A stretch of 64,000 nucleotides of DNA. Origin: Fistulifera solaris (lineage: Eukaryota). The translations under genes were made by a program, and so were the position numbers. Of this stretch, positions 25,706-39,859 are shown in pieces. Each line of letters starts with the position of its first letter. Position 1 is the first letter of the stretch. The notes beneath the pieces are model-generated. The model was not told the origin of the DNA, searched no databases, and was given only the letters and a program-made list of their open reading frames with translations. The stretch covers positions 62,001 to 126,000 of the forward strand of contig AP026137.1 in NCBI GenBank assembly GCA_030295235.1, read 5' to 3'.

Positions 25706-27235
25706 TTAGTTTCTTCTTTTCAACGGCGTCGGATTGATGATGGAACGAGGATCATGAGGCGACAATGCGTCATCCTCACTACCATTCACAAGCTCACACA
25801 ATACATCCGCGTGATCCGACAAGAGCAATGCCGTGCGCTGAAAATTCGCGGTAGCACTTTCCATCAGGATTGTTCCCGTCAATCTCGATCGGCAGGTACT
25901 ACACCCATGTTGGACCAATAAGTCCTTGGATCCGTGATAAAACCGATTCAGCGTATAGATCTGATCAATGGTCGTTCCATCGGTCACTCGTTCATCCCAA
26001 CGATTTACGACCGTCAACTTGCGGTTACGGAACAACAACCGCTTCAATGCAGCGAAATGTATTACCTTCATTTCCTCGCTATTCAAGCGAAAAGTCCTCA
26101 GATTCGGGTGTCCTTCCATAACCCGAAACAGAAGTATCAAGTAGGGAGTGTAATCCAGAGGATACCGATTCTCCGACAAATCCAAAGACACCAAATTTGG
26201 GTTATTCTTCAGGACACGAACAATGGCTGCGGCGATCCACCCCACTTGCGTGTAATCTACTTTATGCCAAAGATCAATTGCGAGACGCAAGTGCTCAAAA
26301 TGACCCAATTGAGCCACACGATCAAGAAAGGTGACGATCGAATCGGACCAGTTTTCTGTGCTGGTAATGTGAATCGACAAGGTCAACTCTTTGGCAACGA
26401 TAGGAAGTGTCTCAAAGTGTGTCTTTTCGATTTCATAATCGTCGATCCGGTAGTTGAGACAATGCACCTGAGCCCGGAACGGAAGAAGGGGATCGGGACG
26501 AAACATGTAAAGCTCGAGTTTCTCCACAGCATGCTCCAGTTGTAAAAGTCGCACATAATTTTCATTTGTGAAAGAGTTGCGGCGATTGAAATGCAGACAC
26601 AAACTTTCAAAGGACGAGGTTCGTTGTTGGAGTGCATCGACAAAGGCCGTCCCACCGTCCGTAAACGAAAATCCGCCGTAATTGGTGCTAGGTGTATAGA
26701 GTTGGATTTTGAGAGGACCCGGCCGTGTTGCTAGTCGGATGGATTGTTCGACCGTCCATGTTTGGTATCTAAATTCCCAAACGCATTGCGGATTTGCATC
26801 CAAGAAACGATTCAGTTGATCCTCTCGAACGGAATCCAAGTCAAAATCAAAACTCCACAAATCGGGTTCGGAATGCTGCAGCGACAAAACAAACGTCGCC
26901 GTTTCCGCCATGGCCGTCTCATTCAATCCCACAATGGCTAAAAATCGGGTGCCGTGACGATAGGATTGTGTTATCTCCCAACTTGTGGAGGGTAGGTTGA
27001 TCGATCTCGGATAAAACAGCTCAACAACGATGATTGTCTGATTGTCACGCCAAATACAGAATTTCGTACGATCACAACTCAACAGCTCCTGCAGATGAGT
27101 CGGTTCTTGAACGAATCGATAGATTGGCAGATGATTACCTTCCTCCGAGGAGGATTCCTCGTTTGTTAACAACGACAGTAATGCGTTTTGCTCCGAGGAA
27201 AGCTGTTGCTGCGGAATGAGTTGCAAAAACTCCAT
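25706..27235 (-). CDS. Expanded LRR-like family member, intact 509 aa
   Basis: Single ORF with all family blocks and a short basic tail PLKRRN. Confidence 0.95.
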   Translation of the reverse strand: MEFLQLIPQQQLSSEQNALLSLLTNEESSSEEGNHLPIYRFVQEPTHLQELLSCDRTKFCIWRDNQTIIVVELFYPRSINLPSTSWEITQSYRHGTRFLAIVGLNETAMAETATFVLSLQHSEPDLWSFDFDLDSVREDQLNRFLDANPQCVWEFRYQTWTVEQSIRLATRPGPLKIQLYTPSTNYGGFSFTDGGTAFVDALQQRTSSFESLCLHFNRRNSFTNENYVRLLQLEHAVEKLELYMFRPDPLLPFRAQVHCLNYRIDDYEIEKTHFETLPIVAKELTLSIHITSTENWSDSIVTFLDRVAQLGHFEHLRLAIDLWHKVDYTQVGWIAAAIVRVLKNNPNLVSLDLSENRYPLDYTPYLILLFRVMEGHPNLRTFRLNSEEMKVIHFAALKRLLFRNRKLTVVNRWDERVTDGTTIDQIYTLNRFYHGSKDLLVQHGCSTCRSRLTGTILMESATANFQRTALLLSDHADVLCELVNGSEDDALSPHDPRSIINPTPLKRRN

Positions 27236-27929
27236 TTCGAGATTTAACGAGGAGTTTCGTCAATTAAACTAATTAGATGAAAGGCAGCTCCGACTTATTG
27301 TCCTGATTAATGAAAAGAATGACAACTGACAACAATAATAAAGCAAAACGCAGCTTTTTTGGTGTTTGTCGTTATAAACCTACGGGTTATGTAAATTCAG
27401 GGTTTTACTATGGCCCAGATTGTAGTTCCGAAACGACTGAAGTGAGTCATGAATTGGATCTTCTGAATTTTATTGTCATGTTGCCGAAGCTCTTTAAAAA
27501 TTAAGGACGTATAAAATTTAAAATGAATATATCTTCGTAAAACAGATCCGCAAATTTCAGTTTAGCTTACAGTATTATTTGCAATGCACGATGCGAGTAG
27601 GTCTATTCTTTGCACATCAATTATTGATTATTGCGGATCTTCCTCGTTCCATTTGACTATTCTCTAAAGTGTAATCCGTTTTTGGCATGACTGGATGTTC
27701 AGTCACGAGTGCAGTACTGTATTTGACACATATCTCCAACCTTATACCAGGTGTGATGAAGTTTATACGGAGTAGCTTATTTGCAGCGAGGACCGCGAAA
27801 AGAAAAGCATGCGAGAGAAAACTGCCGCTGTTACGCGATTAAGTTTTCGACCACTTTATTACTTTTGTATACCTTTATTGTTCATTGAAAGAGACTAATT
27901 TCGACCATTGAAGAAATATTTTAGCTGAA

Positions 27930-29531
27930 ATGCAGGAGCATCAAGTAATCGAGGAGCAGGAAAGGCTGATAGTTCCCATTTTTCATGAGGAACTTTCTGA
28001 AAGGCAAAAGAGCTCGCTTCAAAATTGTTGGGACAAAACAATTTTCCTATCCACACCTTTACTCGAGAGCCGATAAGTTTAGATGAAATACAATGGAGAG
28101 AATACTGTGATCCGGAAAATATGGAGATAACTATTTGGCGTGAGAATGAAACATTTGTTTATGTTACCGATGGTTATCGAGGAGCTTGCTCCGTCGCGAG
28201 ACGAACATTTGCCTTCTCGATCTGCGTAGATTTCTTTCAATTGGACTTTATGATTTTGGGTGAGACGGACTCTGCTATTTTAGAGACTGCGACATTTTTC
28301 TGCTCGCTCAGGCTGCCGGAAGATGAGCGAACATCTTTGCAGTTCAACAAGTGGTTGTGGGATTATAAACAAAATTTTCCATTCATAATTGATTTTGCTT
28401 CGCTCAGAGACGATCAGCTGATTCGCATATTAGAATCTAACCCAACGCGGCAACTGGAACTCGGAATGAGCAGCTGGAGTCCGGAGCAGGCCAAGATTCT
28501 TGCTACGCGGTCGTTTCCCTTGAATTTGAAGTTCGGTAAAGCGCGTGAAGGCTGGATCGGTGTGGGTCCTAGAGATGACGGCACTGTGTTCATGAATTAT
28601 TTGGAGACGCGACATACACACTTTGGTTCCCTCACCGTTGGAGCCGATCGCTTCAACACGCTAGACATACGTCGTAATTTCCTCGAACGAATCATTAACC
28701 TGGAGGGCATGTTCGATAAGCTCACTATTGGGTTTCTGTGTAGGGAGAACGTTATTCTTCCGCTCTCCGCCAAGGCACATGCACTCGACTACCAAGTTCC
28801 TTCACGCTTCATTCAGCCAAGTGATTTTGACTCTTTGGACATACCGACCATGAAACTCAGCCTTACCTTCTACGGAAGGTCGGAGGAGTTACTAATTCCT
28901 TTCTGCAATCGAGTGGCTTAATTGGGTCACTTTCAAAGGTTGCAGGTATCAGTAGAATCTGATTATGGGCAAATAGAAGCAAGTTCGGCAGCTGCTATTC
29001 TGCAAGCACTCATTAGGGCAATCAGAGGCAACCCTCTATTAACTCAGTTGACTTTGAAAATGTACAGAATATTTTTCTCCCTTGGTTCCCACGTTGAGGA
29101 GCTATTTCAGGTCTTCGGAGAACACAAAAGACTACGCACCATTAGGCTGTATCCATTTCCTCCCGTGAGTGCTCATCGACGCGATAATGAATTCGAAGAA
29201 ATGAGAACATGTTACTATCCTATGCTGGAGCGATTACTTATCCAAAACCGCAATCTCGTCATATTGGGGCTCAACAATAAAAGGCTCACAAATGGAACCA
29301 CCATTGACGAAATATATGCGCAGAACTACATCTACACCCGATTCATAAAAATTCGCGGAAGAGCCTACATCTTCCACGACCGTCGCTGGTTGCGACGGCC
29401 TTGACAGAATGCGCTACTTCAGACTTTCCGTTACAAGGCGCCAATTGATGACGTTTCACATCGACATGCTATGCGAATTATTGAAAGACGTCAGTTTAAA
29501 TGATGATAACGATGCTGTTGCTGTAGGATAG
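27930..29531 (+). CDS. Expanded LRR-like family member, frameshifts plus in-frame TAA at 28919
   Basis: ATG 27930 MQEHQVIEEQ; ORFs 28025-28921 and 28922-29404 are in the same frame; paralog of 12978-14643. Confidence 0.8.
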
Positions 29532-29829
29532 GTGATCGACGAAACAGAAATACTCGCTTCTGATGCGTCTCATCAGGAAACCTATCACCCGAAACGAGAG
29601 AGAGCAGTAAGGTTTTATGAATGACTACCTTACTTACGTCGCATTCAATGGGCGGACGAGCAGCTTGATTAATGAGAAGAATTATTGCAATAAAAACTGC
29701 ACATAACAATAACTAGCCCGGCTAGTAACAATAATAGGAAGTTACTTCGGCAATCGTAATTCTGATCAGGTTTTATTTCGACATCAGAACTCATTGCCTC
29801 GTCAATCTCATACGGCCAACAAATTATCC

Positions 29830-30350
29830 ACGGTTTTGATCCTCAATCGTCCGACATGACCTGATTCGGCAACTCGATCCAACAACGCAACCAGTTATAC
29901 ATCCATACCCTCCAATTTATCGATTTCTATACTATTATCTTTCGCCACGATTGAGAGCTTGAAGACCTTCTGATTTCATTCGCGTCATGTTGACGGTGTA
30001 ACGCAGCGCTTTCATCTTGGTCACGAACGGAAGAAGGAACAGTTCTTCATCGTCGAAGATCGCCACCGATAATTTCCCAAAGACATTGGGCTGAAAAAGT
30101 CGTTGCAAGACCTCGGTGTCAACCAAAGGTGTGTCTTTCGGGTCATCATGCATCTCCAAGGCACGAAACACCGCTCTTATCAACAAGAAGTCATCCCTAT
30201 CTAGTCGAGCCTTTACTTCCCCAGAGAGGAAAAGTCAGTCGCAAATACAAGGATACGGCCGTTACGCCAAAACAACCGAGTGTTCCATCATCCCGTTTGA
30301 AGGGTCAAGATCCGTTGTGGATTCGCGTCCAGGATTTAAGCGAGCTGTAA
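29830..30350 (-). pseudogene. Degraded internal fragment of a family member, fused to the upstream copy
   Basis: QLA*ILDANPQR, LLPFVTKMKAL and LDRVAESGH motifs with stops and indels. Confidence 0.7.
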
Positions 30351-31360
30351 AAAGTGCCCAAGCGTAGCGAGTCGATTCATCAGCATAACGAGAACATTTT
30401 CCCACTCGCTGATATTATCCAAATACACCCTCAAGTCAAGTTATTCGCGGCGATATCAAGGGAGTCGAGATCATCATGTTGAAGGTGCTGAGCGTCAAGG
30501 TGATAGCTAAGAGCACTCACTTGAGCCGAAAATGGGAGAAGAACAAATTCCTCGTCGACGCCTTCAATGGCAAGTCGATCAAACATATGAGGGAGCTTGA
30601 AAAGTCGCTTCATGTTGATGTGACTTAAAGAGATCACGTTTCTGCCTTTCGTCCGAAAATCAACAGCCAAGTTACCGAAACCAAGTTCTCGGTTTTGCAA
30701 TGCCTCAACAAACGCCGTTCCTCCATCACTAAAACGAAAGCAATCATCTCTTTCCACAACCGACGCGCCGAGTGTCAACTTCAAAGGATACGGCCTCGAT
30801 GCTAGAATGACCGATTGCTCGGCACTCCAAGTTCCCAATTTCATGTCACAGTGTCGCGTCGGATTTGCGTCTAATATTTGGGCAAGCTGTTCTGGCGAAA
30901 GAGCACCATGATCGAAAGTGTCGCTTTGCTCGTTAAATGTATTACCAATTTGAAGCGAAACGATATTATATGCATCCGATTGCTTCAAAGACCAGAAGAA
31001 GGTTGCCGTCTCGGCAATCGCAGCGTCAGACTTCCCGTAAATCATACCGAACGAAAGAATGTATTTGTTGCCACAATTGATAACAAAGCTGACGCTTTTC
31101 TCCCGAAAGGGTCTTCGCTCGTCATATTTACGAATGGTGCTAAACGAGAGATAAATAATCGTTTGATTGTCTCGCCAGATTGCCCTATCGTACTCGTTCT
31201 CCCAGTCAAAGTCATCTAAATGCGTCGGTTCTCGCAGCAATCGATACAGCGGTAAATCAATGTCAGGATTTCGACAAAATGCCCTTTGCTCGGGCGACAG
31301 TGCGTCTTGCGGAATGATTTGTAGCAAAGGCGTATCCTCATTCATCGTTTCTCGCTCCAT
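30351..31360 (-). pseudogene. Family member lacking its C-terminal third
   Basis: Clean 309 aa ORF continuing after one frameshift to NRLATLGHF, then jumping into another copy. Confidence 0.8.
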
Positions 31361-31994
31361 CTAAAGGCCGATTATTTGTGCCAGTAGAGCCCGCAGCAAG
31401 CCAGCAGGCAAACTCGTTCTTGTAAGGAAGAATCAAAATAGACAAGAATGCAGAGTTGAAGGGTAAGAGCGGAAAGTGAAAGACGAATCACATAAAGCGG
31501 CAGCAGCATTTATTGCGATCATTATATTTTTTTTGCGCATCGTCGCTCGTCGCCTCGGTATTTTTTGGGTGACGCAATATTTAGTGACTGAAACTGAGTT
31601 AAGTCGCGGAAAAAGTAATCTACACTTTCAGTATATAGTAAAAACTCGAAATTTAGAGACCCACAAAATAACATAGCTCCATCCACGTCGATGAATCATG
31701 CGCAATGTTATAATCTGCAACAATGCTAGTTTTCGATTTAATATTGTTAGAAAAGGTCAAATGTTTTGCTGGTGAATGGCTTCCATCCATTAGGGGACTC
31801 AAATCGAATGGGCCGTGTAGCATACGCCTACGCAGAGAGATCTGGCAATGAAGTTGGTGTTCGTCCAGAGCGGAGAAGGAATCCCGTCCACCTGACGTGC
31901 TACCCGGGTTCCACAAAAGTACAAAGACAGCTTATAACATTTAAAATGAAATATTTCAATATCAAACGAATCATCATATTGCGCCGTATCATGA

Positions 31995-33682
31995 TCAAAC
32001 ATCCAATCGAGCTCCTCTCTTCGCAGCTCGGGGAGGCTGCATTCGCATTTTACGTTTCCGGTGTTCCGATCCATCCGGCCCATTAGTAGCACCTAATGTT
32101 GTCGTTGCCTTTTGACTCACATCCTGAACCAACTCGCACAACGTGTCCGTGTGGTGCGAAAGCATCAGTGCATAGCGCTGAAAGTCTTTCACTTCGTTTC
32201 CTATCAACGCCAATGCCACCAATGATGGTCGCAAGGAGCAGCACTCCTTTTGAGCTCTTCGGAATCACAGTAAAAATGACTCAGTGCATAGAGTCTTTCG
32301 ATCTCGGGTACATTTAATTTACCTGATTCATCGACCACCTTGATCTTTCTATTTCGCGAAAGCAATTTCACCAGCCAGGAAAAATCAGGGTCTTCGGACG
32401 GGTAAGTATCCATAGCAAAGAAACGTATTCCTTGATGGCCCTCCAGTTCGTTGAATATATGCTTTAGATAAGGAATCCAGCCCAGACAACCATAAGTTCC
32501 GCATAAATCCAAATGATAAAGCTTCGAATTCGAGCGGAGGAAGGAGATAAGGGCGTCTACGACAGAAGACATCCTGTCAACGTCATACTGTTCAACAAAT
32601 CCTGCACTGATAAAATCAAGTGACAGTTGCAACTTCTCAATATGGCTCGCTTGCGCCAGTCGATTGAAAAAGGATATCAAAAACACATCCCAGTCTGGCA
32701 CACTGTCCAAGTAGATTCTCAACTCCAATTCTTTCGCCGCAATGGCAAGTACATCGAGATCGGCTCGTTGCCCATACCTCGCTTGCAGGTAGCAACTCAA
32801 GCGATTCACTTTTGTCGACAACGGAACTAGAGCACACTCGTCTTGCAAAAAGCCGATGCCGAGCTCGTCAATTGTCTGTCGTCCACTCGAAAGTTGCTCC
32901 AGGCCGGTGCGGTTAAAAGGCATTGTCTCCGCAATTTCCAGAGTTCCAAACGAGGACTGTCTTCTTTGTAATGCATCCACAAAGGACGATCCGCCGTCTT
33001 GGAAACGGAAAGAATTATTGCTTCTGCGAGACTTGCTTACCGATAATTTGATTGGATAGGGTCTTGTGGCAAGAACGATAGACTGCTCGGGGGTCCAGAC
33101 TCCTTCTTGGATACTGAATGATCTTGTCGGATTCGAATCCAATAGCTTGGCTAATTGCTCTACTGGAAGGATAGCAAAGTCAAAGGCAAGCTCACCGGTT
33201 GAATGATTATACACATTCAAATGAGATCGTTTCTCATCATCCAGCCTCAAAGACCAGAAAAAGGTGGCCGTCTCGGCAATTGCAGCGTCCGTTTTACATA
33301 TATCACACCTTGCACACAACTGCCGGCACCACCATGTGGAATGCCAAAACAAACGCTTCGTTCCAAAAATAATTCAAAAGGGGTTTCCGCTCGGGTTCTT
33401 CGCTCTTCGTCGTCAAAATGGTTCTCCAGACGAATATTGCGAGGATCCACAACGAGAGGAGGGGGAAACATCGAGGCAGAGAATCGTCCCATTCTCACGC
33501 CAGATACACAATCGGTATTCTTCGGATTTCTCCAGAATAATCTCTTTCAAATGCGTCGGTTCTTGCAACAATCGATACAGCGAAGAAATGTCGGTATCCG
33601 TGCATTGAAAGGCTCGTTGCTCGGGCGAAAGTTCGTCCCTCGGAATGAGTTCTAAGAACGGCGTTCTCTCCATCTCTTTCAA
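31995..33682 (-). CDS. Expanded LRR-like family member, frameshifted
   Basis: ORFs 33413-33682, 33247-33498, 32204-33352 and 31995-32234. Tail RKRKMRMQPPRAAKRGAR. Confidence 0.85.
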
Positions 33683-34193
33683 TAAAAAATGGAAGCGGTA
33701 CGTTCCTCTTTCGATGACACAAGCGTCCTAGGCGATGAGAATCGCACTATCGCGTTGCTTCTATGAAGGGAAAAAGGCGACTGGAAAGCGCAGCCGGCGA
33801 TTGTTGCTATATTCTGAGCGAAGCAACACGATACGGATGAGTTGGACGTCCGGAGCGGAAATGCGGTGCTTAATTTGCTCTACCAGTAAGCTTTAAGATA
33901 GAATGCAGAATTGTTTTGGAATGAAAGAATGCTTGTTGATTGCTTCTCATACCTTTCCCCTCTCCACAGTGTTTTATTTGCGCAAATGCTGCGTCGCGAC
34001 GACGCGATCTTTTTGTCGTTTATTCGTCGACCGAAACATCTTTCTGTCGCAGTGTAGTCTAGATCTGGTTTGCACCTTAGCTCTTCTTTTACGGAGTAAA
34101 AGATGAAAGACATAGACTAGACTAGGCTTTCCCTCGGATTCTCAAACGTATATAGGCTACTATAGCACGTTTCGGCGGAGAAGCACTTAAAAC

Positions 34194-35820
34194 TCATAAC
34201 GAGATACTTTCTTGGCAGCTCTTGGTGGCTGAACTCTCATTTTACGTTTCAAACGATCGACAGGTGCACAATGAGCATCAGAGACACCCGAGTCTCAATG
34301 TTCTGATTGAAGTTCCCCAGCACAAGGCACGTCCTCTAGATCTGCGCCGTGCATGAATTCGGATAGCACGTCCAAGTGGTTGGCTAGCAATAATGCTGCA
34401 TGATCGAATTTCTCTGACGCGTTCTTTTGTAATGCTGTTGCTACAAGCTGCGGTCGCAAGGATGTAGACTCCTCCTTCATCAATGCTGCCGATCCATGAT
34501 AACAACGATTCAGTGCATAAAGCCTGTCAATACTGAATCCATCGGTGATCTTGTCGCCTCTACGATCCAGTACGGTGATGCTTCGATTACGAGAAAGCAA
34601 GCGCTTCAGCCAGGAAAAGTCGGGATCTTCTTGCTCAGGATAAGCAGGAACAATAAGCTCATGTAGGCATTTGTGATCTCCCGCCGCCTCAAAAATACTC
34701 TGCAAGTGAGGAAGCCAGTCAAAGGTGAAGTAAGAATGATTCAGTCCCAAGTGCTTTAAGCATCGATTCGCTTTTATGACAGAGATCATTGCTTCCGCAA
34801 CGGAATTTGCTTTGTTTTCGTCAATGGGCTCCCGTAGGTCCCAACACTCAACGATAAAATCCAGCTTCTCGAAAGTTCCGATCTCGCTGAAACGATTCAA
34901 GAAAGAAACAGGGATCCTTTTCCAATCACTCATATCGGTTAAACTTATTTCCATGGTGATTTTCCTGGTGTTGATATTCAAAGATTTGAGATGTTCTGGC
35001 TGAAAATCTCGTGCATTGATTGTGTAGTTGAGTTCATGCACCTTGGCTGCGAAGGGAAGAAGAATCATTTCCTCGTCAAGGTACTCAAGCTTGAGCTTAT
35101 CAAAAGTGCCGAATTTCAAAAGACGTGTGAAATTCTCGCGGCTCAGAGGCATACTATCGGTGTCGCTATCAAAGTGCACGGACCCAAAGGAAGAGTGTCG
35201 GTTTACTAGCGTATCAACAAACGCTGTGCCGTCGTCTTCAAAAGCAAAGGAGTTCTCTGTAAATTTCCATTTCAAAGGATAGGGTCTTGAAGCAAGAATG
35301 ATGGATTGCGCCGTGTTCCAGCTTCCTCGGGTAAATGAATATCGCCTTGCCGGATTGGAATCGAGAATACGCGCCAATTGCTCGGGCTGTAGGGCAGCAA
35401 AATCAAAGATTTGATCCTCCCTTGCGTCGAAAACAAAGGTTTTTAAAATAGAATCTTCTCCCGGACGCTGTAACGACCAGAACCATGTAGCTGTCTCGGC
35501 AATCGCCGCGTCCGTTTTCCCGTAAATAGAGCCCTCAAAGTGATAGACCCCGGCTTTCTCAAATATATAGTCGACTTTTCGATCCCAATATGCCTCAAAA
35601 CCGGCACCACCGAGGCAAATGAGCGTCCCATTGTCTCGCCATATAGCAACGTGCATCTTATTTACCCACTCAAATCCTATCAGATCACTCGGATCTTTGA
35701 CAAATCGGTACATTTCTAATCTCGACCCGAACGACCTTGGTCGAAACGCTTTTGCGCGGCAGACTGCCGTTCTTCTGGAATGTGCTCCAAGACGAACTTC
35801 TCATCTTCCTCTGGTTCCAT
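34194..35820 (-). CDS. Expanded LRR-like family member, frameshifts near both ends
   Basis: ATG 35820 MEPEEDEKFVLEHIPEE; 472 aa core ORF; tail LKRKMRVQPPRAAKK in a shifted frame ending at 34194. Confidence 0.88.
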
Positions 35821-36765
35821 TGTGATGAGTTTCAATTAAAAAGCAAAGGTTGTCAATTATATTATCTACTTGTAGTGTTGAGTGCTGATATCTATGAAGT
35901 CAAAGTTCTAAAGGAAGCGAAGGAAACGTATAGTCCTGGATGTTTCGAGGATTATTGTGGGATTGCCTTAGGCGCGTCACTAATAGGCGTCGCAGCGGCG
36001 ACGGGCATGATCAATATTGAGCCTTGTAAAACTTTATTCCGACAGTATTTTTTATACTCCGTAATACGTAGACCCCCCCCTCTAGTCTACTTGTAGTAAC
36101 CTTAATAAAAAAAATAGAGCGCATCAGAATTTCTGTTGGAAAGAAAGCACTACATCAAACAGAAGCTGCCCGAAATTGTCAGAAGTCGAGGTCAGAAAGG
36201 ACAACCGACAAAGGGCAAGCGGGCGAGAAACGAGCAGCAGCGGGTAGAACTAAACTGCGGGCACGAACCCAAAAAAGTGTACCAGGTATGCGTGTTACCG
36301 GCGCCGTAAGCCGTAAACAGTACTCCATGTACATAGTGATGATGTGATGAATGGTGAGTGATGATGCGCCGGGATGCGGAATGCAAATCTGCAAGTTCTT
36401 TGCGCCGAGAATAAACGTTAGCTGTATCCGGGTTGCACATTGTGTGTGCCGTACCGCTACCTTGTAGCGTGTCGCCTAATAATTGCTCGATTTTTTGTTA
36501 GCATAAAATGGCAGCTTGTAGACTACGGAGTACTCCGTAACTCTCAAAATTTTTCGAAAACAATTAAACCTAAAAACGAGGAAAATTAGTACTCTTCGTC
36601 ATAGAGTGTAAAGTGCAATTGTGTTTATTTAGTGAATGATGATGAATATTGTACATCAAAACCTAGTGTAAGGTTGAGCAATACCGTCTATCTGGTTCAA
36701 TGTGTACATGCGACATAATAAGTCTAACAGAAAAAAGTCATTTCAAAACATTAAGTCATATCGAC

Positions 36766-36948
36766 GCAAAATGGCTTTTCGCTGAAAAATGGCTTTTGGC
36801 TGCAAATCGGCTTTTCGCTGCAAAATGGCTTTTCGCTGCAAGTTCTACGACAGATCTAGTAGGTTTTTCTACGCGATGGCTTTTCGCTGCAAAATGGCTT
36901 TTCGCCGCAAAATGGCTTTTCGCTGCAAAATGGCTTTTCGCTGCAAAA
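36766..36948 (+). repeat. 18-bp minisatellite, 4 + 4 units around a ~35-bp insert
   Basis: Unit GCAAAATGGCTTTTCGCT, within an AT-rich non-coding stretch. Confidence 0.9.
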
Positions 36949-38118
36949 CGTCAATATTTGTACATTATGATCGCGCTCAAATTCGATCTTCTGCGAAATT
37001 GCACCAAAATGTACCTATTTACTAAAATTGACGGTTGACGGCTTTCCCTGCCTAAATAACAAATAAGAAAATGAGAATATAATAGTGTTTTAGTTTCTAA
37101 GGTTATTGCTAATTCTTTAAGCCTTTTTTGTTTTTTAAAAAAAAAGATAGAATACACATTGAAACGGAGTTTTTTTTATTAGGGAAAAGAAATTCGGGTC
37201 TTGCATGAAACAAAACTAGGGAGAGCACAAAAAGGAAGGTTCTAGAGATTAGATTTTTAAAAGGTGAAAGAAGTAGCAAGCTACACACACAACACGTATG
37301 GTACGACAACTTACAAACTCCCTCACCACTGTACAGTACCATTCTACAAAGAAGGTCCTCAACCCTAACGACGTCCGAAGCAGTTCGTCCAAATGCAACG
37401 GGGTGGAAAACGCTGCAATAAAGGCAATACCCGCTCGGGCCCGGGTCCGGGATGCGGAAGAAAGGAAGGTTCCGGAACCATACAGTATCTCTTTAGAAAA
37501 AACATCGTGTGCTCCTATAAGTTCCTAAATGCCGAAATCGGGCAGCTTCACAGAATTTCCGTCTATAAAAATGCCGCCACATGCGCAGATTTTTTCTTCA
37601 TGCAAAGACACCAAGAAGACAGAATTTCCGTCCGATTCAATAACCTTATCGGGGTATGCTGCTCCGATTGTCTGCTCAAGAGAAGACTCCTTATCGGACA
37701 AAAATTCCGTCTCCTTTTATTTAACTGTTCGTTGATTATAGAGGTACCTGGTGCCATTGACTCTCAATTGTTATGCATTTTGTTGACTTATACGTCTAGA
37801 TAATGCGCACAACCTGACGAAAATTTGACTAGACTATAGTCCCAAAGTGTGATTCGCCAAGACTGGAATTTCAGTTTCAGTCATGAGGCACAAGAGCTTG
37901 CTCGCGCGCAGCATTTCGTCTGTCTGTCACGCCACCCATAATGACAAAACGACGGCGCGCAGCTTTTTCCTTTGCGATCGCAACAATGACAATGACGAAT
38001 CTCAATAACAACAACTATAGCTACAAACAATACCAGTAATTCTCGTTCTCCTTAACAACTCGTGTCCTCGTTCGTTCTGTATCAAAAGAAAGTCACTTTA
38101 CCTTTATAAATCATCAAC

Positions 38119-39703
38119 ATGGAGCCAGAAAATGCGTTCCTCGAGCTCATTCCCGAGCACCAAATGACGGCGCGGCAAACGAAATTACAACGCTTCACCG
38201 AAGGATCGCTGTACCGTTTGCGACGCATCCCGACGCATTTCTCCGAATTGTTGAACGGCCGCAGTAGTATTGCCATCTGGCGGAGCAATGAGACTATGAT
38301 TATCAGTCTGAAGGATCGCGGTAGTTTGGGTGTCAAACACTGCAGCCTCGTCATCGATCAAACGAAGATCGCGATTTACGGATGCCGCCATTGCCGAAAC
38401 AGCTGCCTTTGTTTGCTCTTTAAAGTCTTCCGGAGACCTCCGGATCGGTTCCATGGACGGATGTAGCAACTTCAACTATGCTTCGATGGCGCTGGCTCCC
38501 CTTTTGGATGCGAATCCACCGCGCCATTTGCACTTGGAGATGGCTCATTTGACCATTCAGCAATCCAGAGATTGAGCAACACGACCGTATCCTCTGCATC
38601 TAAGCTTGAATCTCAAAGAATTTCATTGTTCGTTCCAAGATGGCGGAACTGCCTTTGTCACGGCGTTAGAGGAACGAACAGTGCCCTTTGGGTCTTTGAG
38701 CCTGACGTTTGGGAACCATGTGGAACCTCCTTGCATTCGTCACGCCAACCTATTACGACTCTTTCATTTGGATACCTTTGAAAAGCTTCATGTCTCGAAT
38801 CCGGATCGAGATTGTGTTCTGCCTCTCCTCTCGGCCAAAGTCAACGCGCTGGAATGTTACATTCACGCCGAAGATGTCGCGCCCGCCGATTTCGACTCAT
38901 TGAACATTGTCGCCAAAGACTTGAACATAAAGTGGAATTTGAGTCATACGGCGAACTGGAGTGACATTTTGATAGCTTTTTTCGATCGACTGGCTACTTT
39001 GGGTCACGTAGAAAAGCTCGCGTGTTCTGCACGGAATGGAATCTCCCTGAACGTGTTTGGACATGATGCCGTAGCACCGGTCGCGGAGGCCTTGGTCCGC
39101 GCCATTCGTGCCAATCCAGCGTTACAGCATTTGGAATTGAGTCATGAACCAACGATCGGCTTGGATTGGACGTCTCATATGCAGAGCATTTTCCAAAGTT
39201 TGGAGGAGCATCCTAGCATCCGCACCTTAACTGTAAGGGAGGTGATTCCGTATTACGATACACGCACGGACGAGGAACGTCAAGAGTACTTTTCGTGGCT
39301 CGAGCGTTTGTTGTCTCGCAACCATAACATCACCGTATTGGATACGTCCGCGAAAAGGGTCACGAATGGATCCAGTATCGACCAGATTTATCGGGATCGC
39401 ATTTATCATCGAGCGGCGACGCTGCAAAATGAGCCGTTGCAAACCTTGTGGATGGCCACGGCTTTGACCGAAAGTGCCTACCAAAACTTTCGTCACACGG
39501 TGCACTTGTTGTCGATACACACAGACGCGTTGTGCAAGCTCGTGGAAAGTTGTGTCAATCCAGACGAAAACGTTGCTTCGCATTCAGTATCGGAGAGAGC
39601 AGCACAGCTCCCTTCACCAAACAGTTCAACGGATGTTCTGAAACGTAAATTGACCATTCAACCAACGGGTGAAGAAGCGAAAAAGGTTCGAAATGAGTGT
39701 TGA
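38119..39703 (+). CDS. Expanded LRR-like family member, 5' frameshifts
   Basis: MEPENAFLELIPEHQ; ORFs 38119-38466, 38330-38575 and 38606-39703. Tail LKRKLTIQPTGEEAKKVR. Confidence 0.85.
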
Positions 39704-39859
39704 GCCTCGTCAGAGCAGACTAACCTTGCGTTACGTTGTCCAGCTCTTCTCAATAGATAGTAGTAATTACTGATATGATTCAAATTTACAGTACGTGGCA
39801 CCTAAAGCGACGACTCCTTACTTTTTTTTAAAGATCTTAGCTCCAAATTTTTTATCGAC

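Noticed and set aside
36700..37038. ORFs with repeated AAKWLF / KMAFRC
   Set aside because: These are read-through of an 18-bp non-coding minisatellite.
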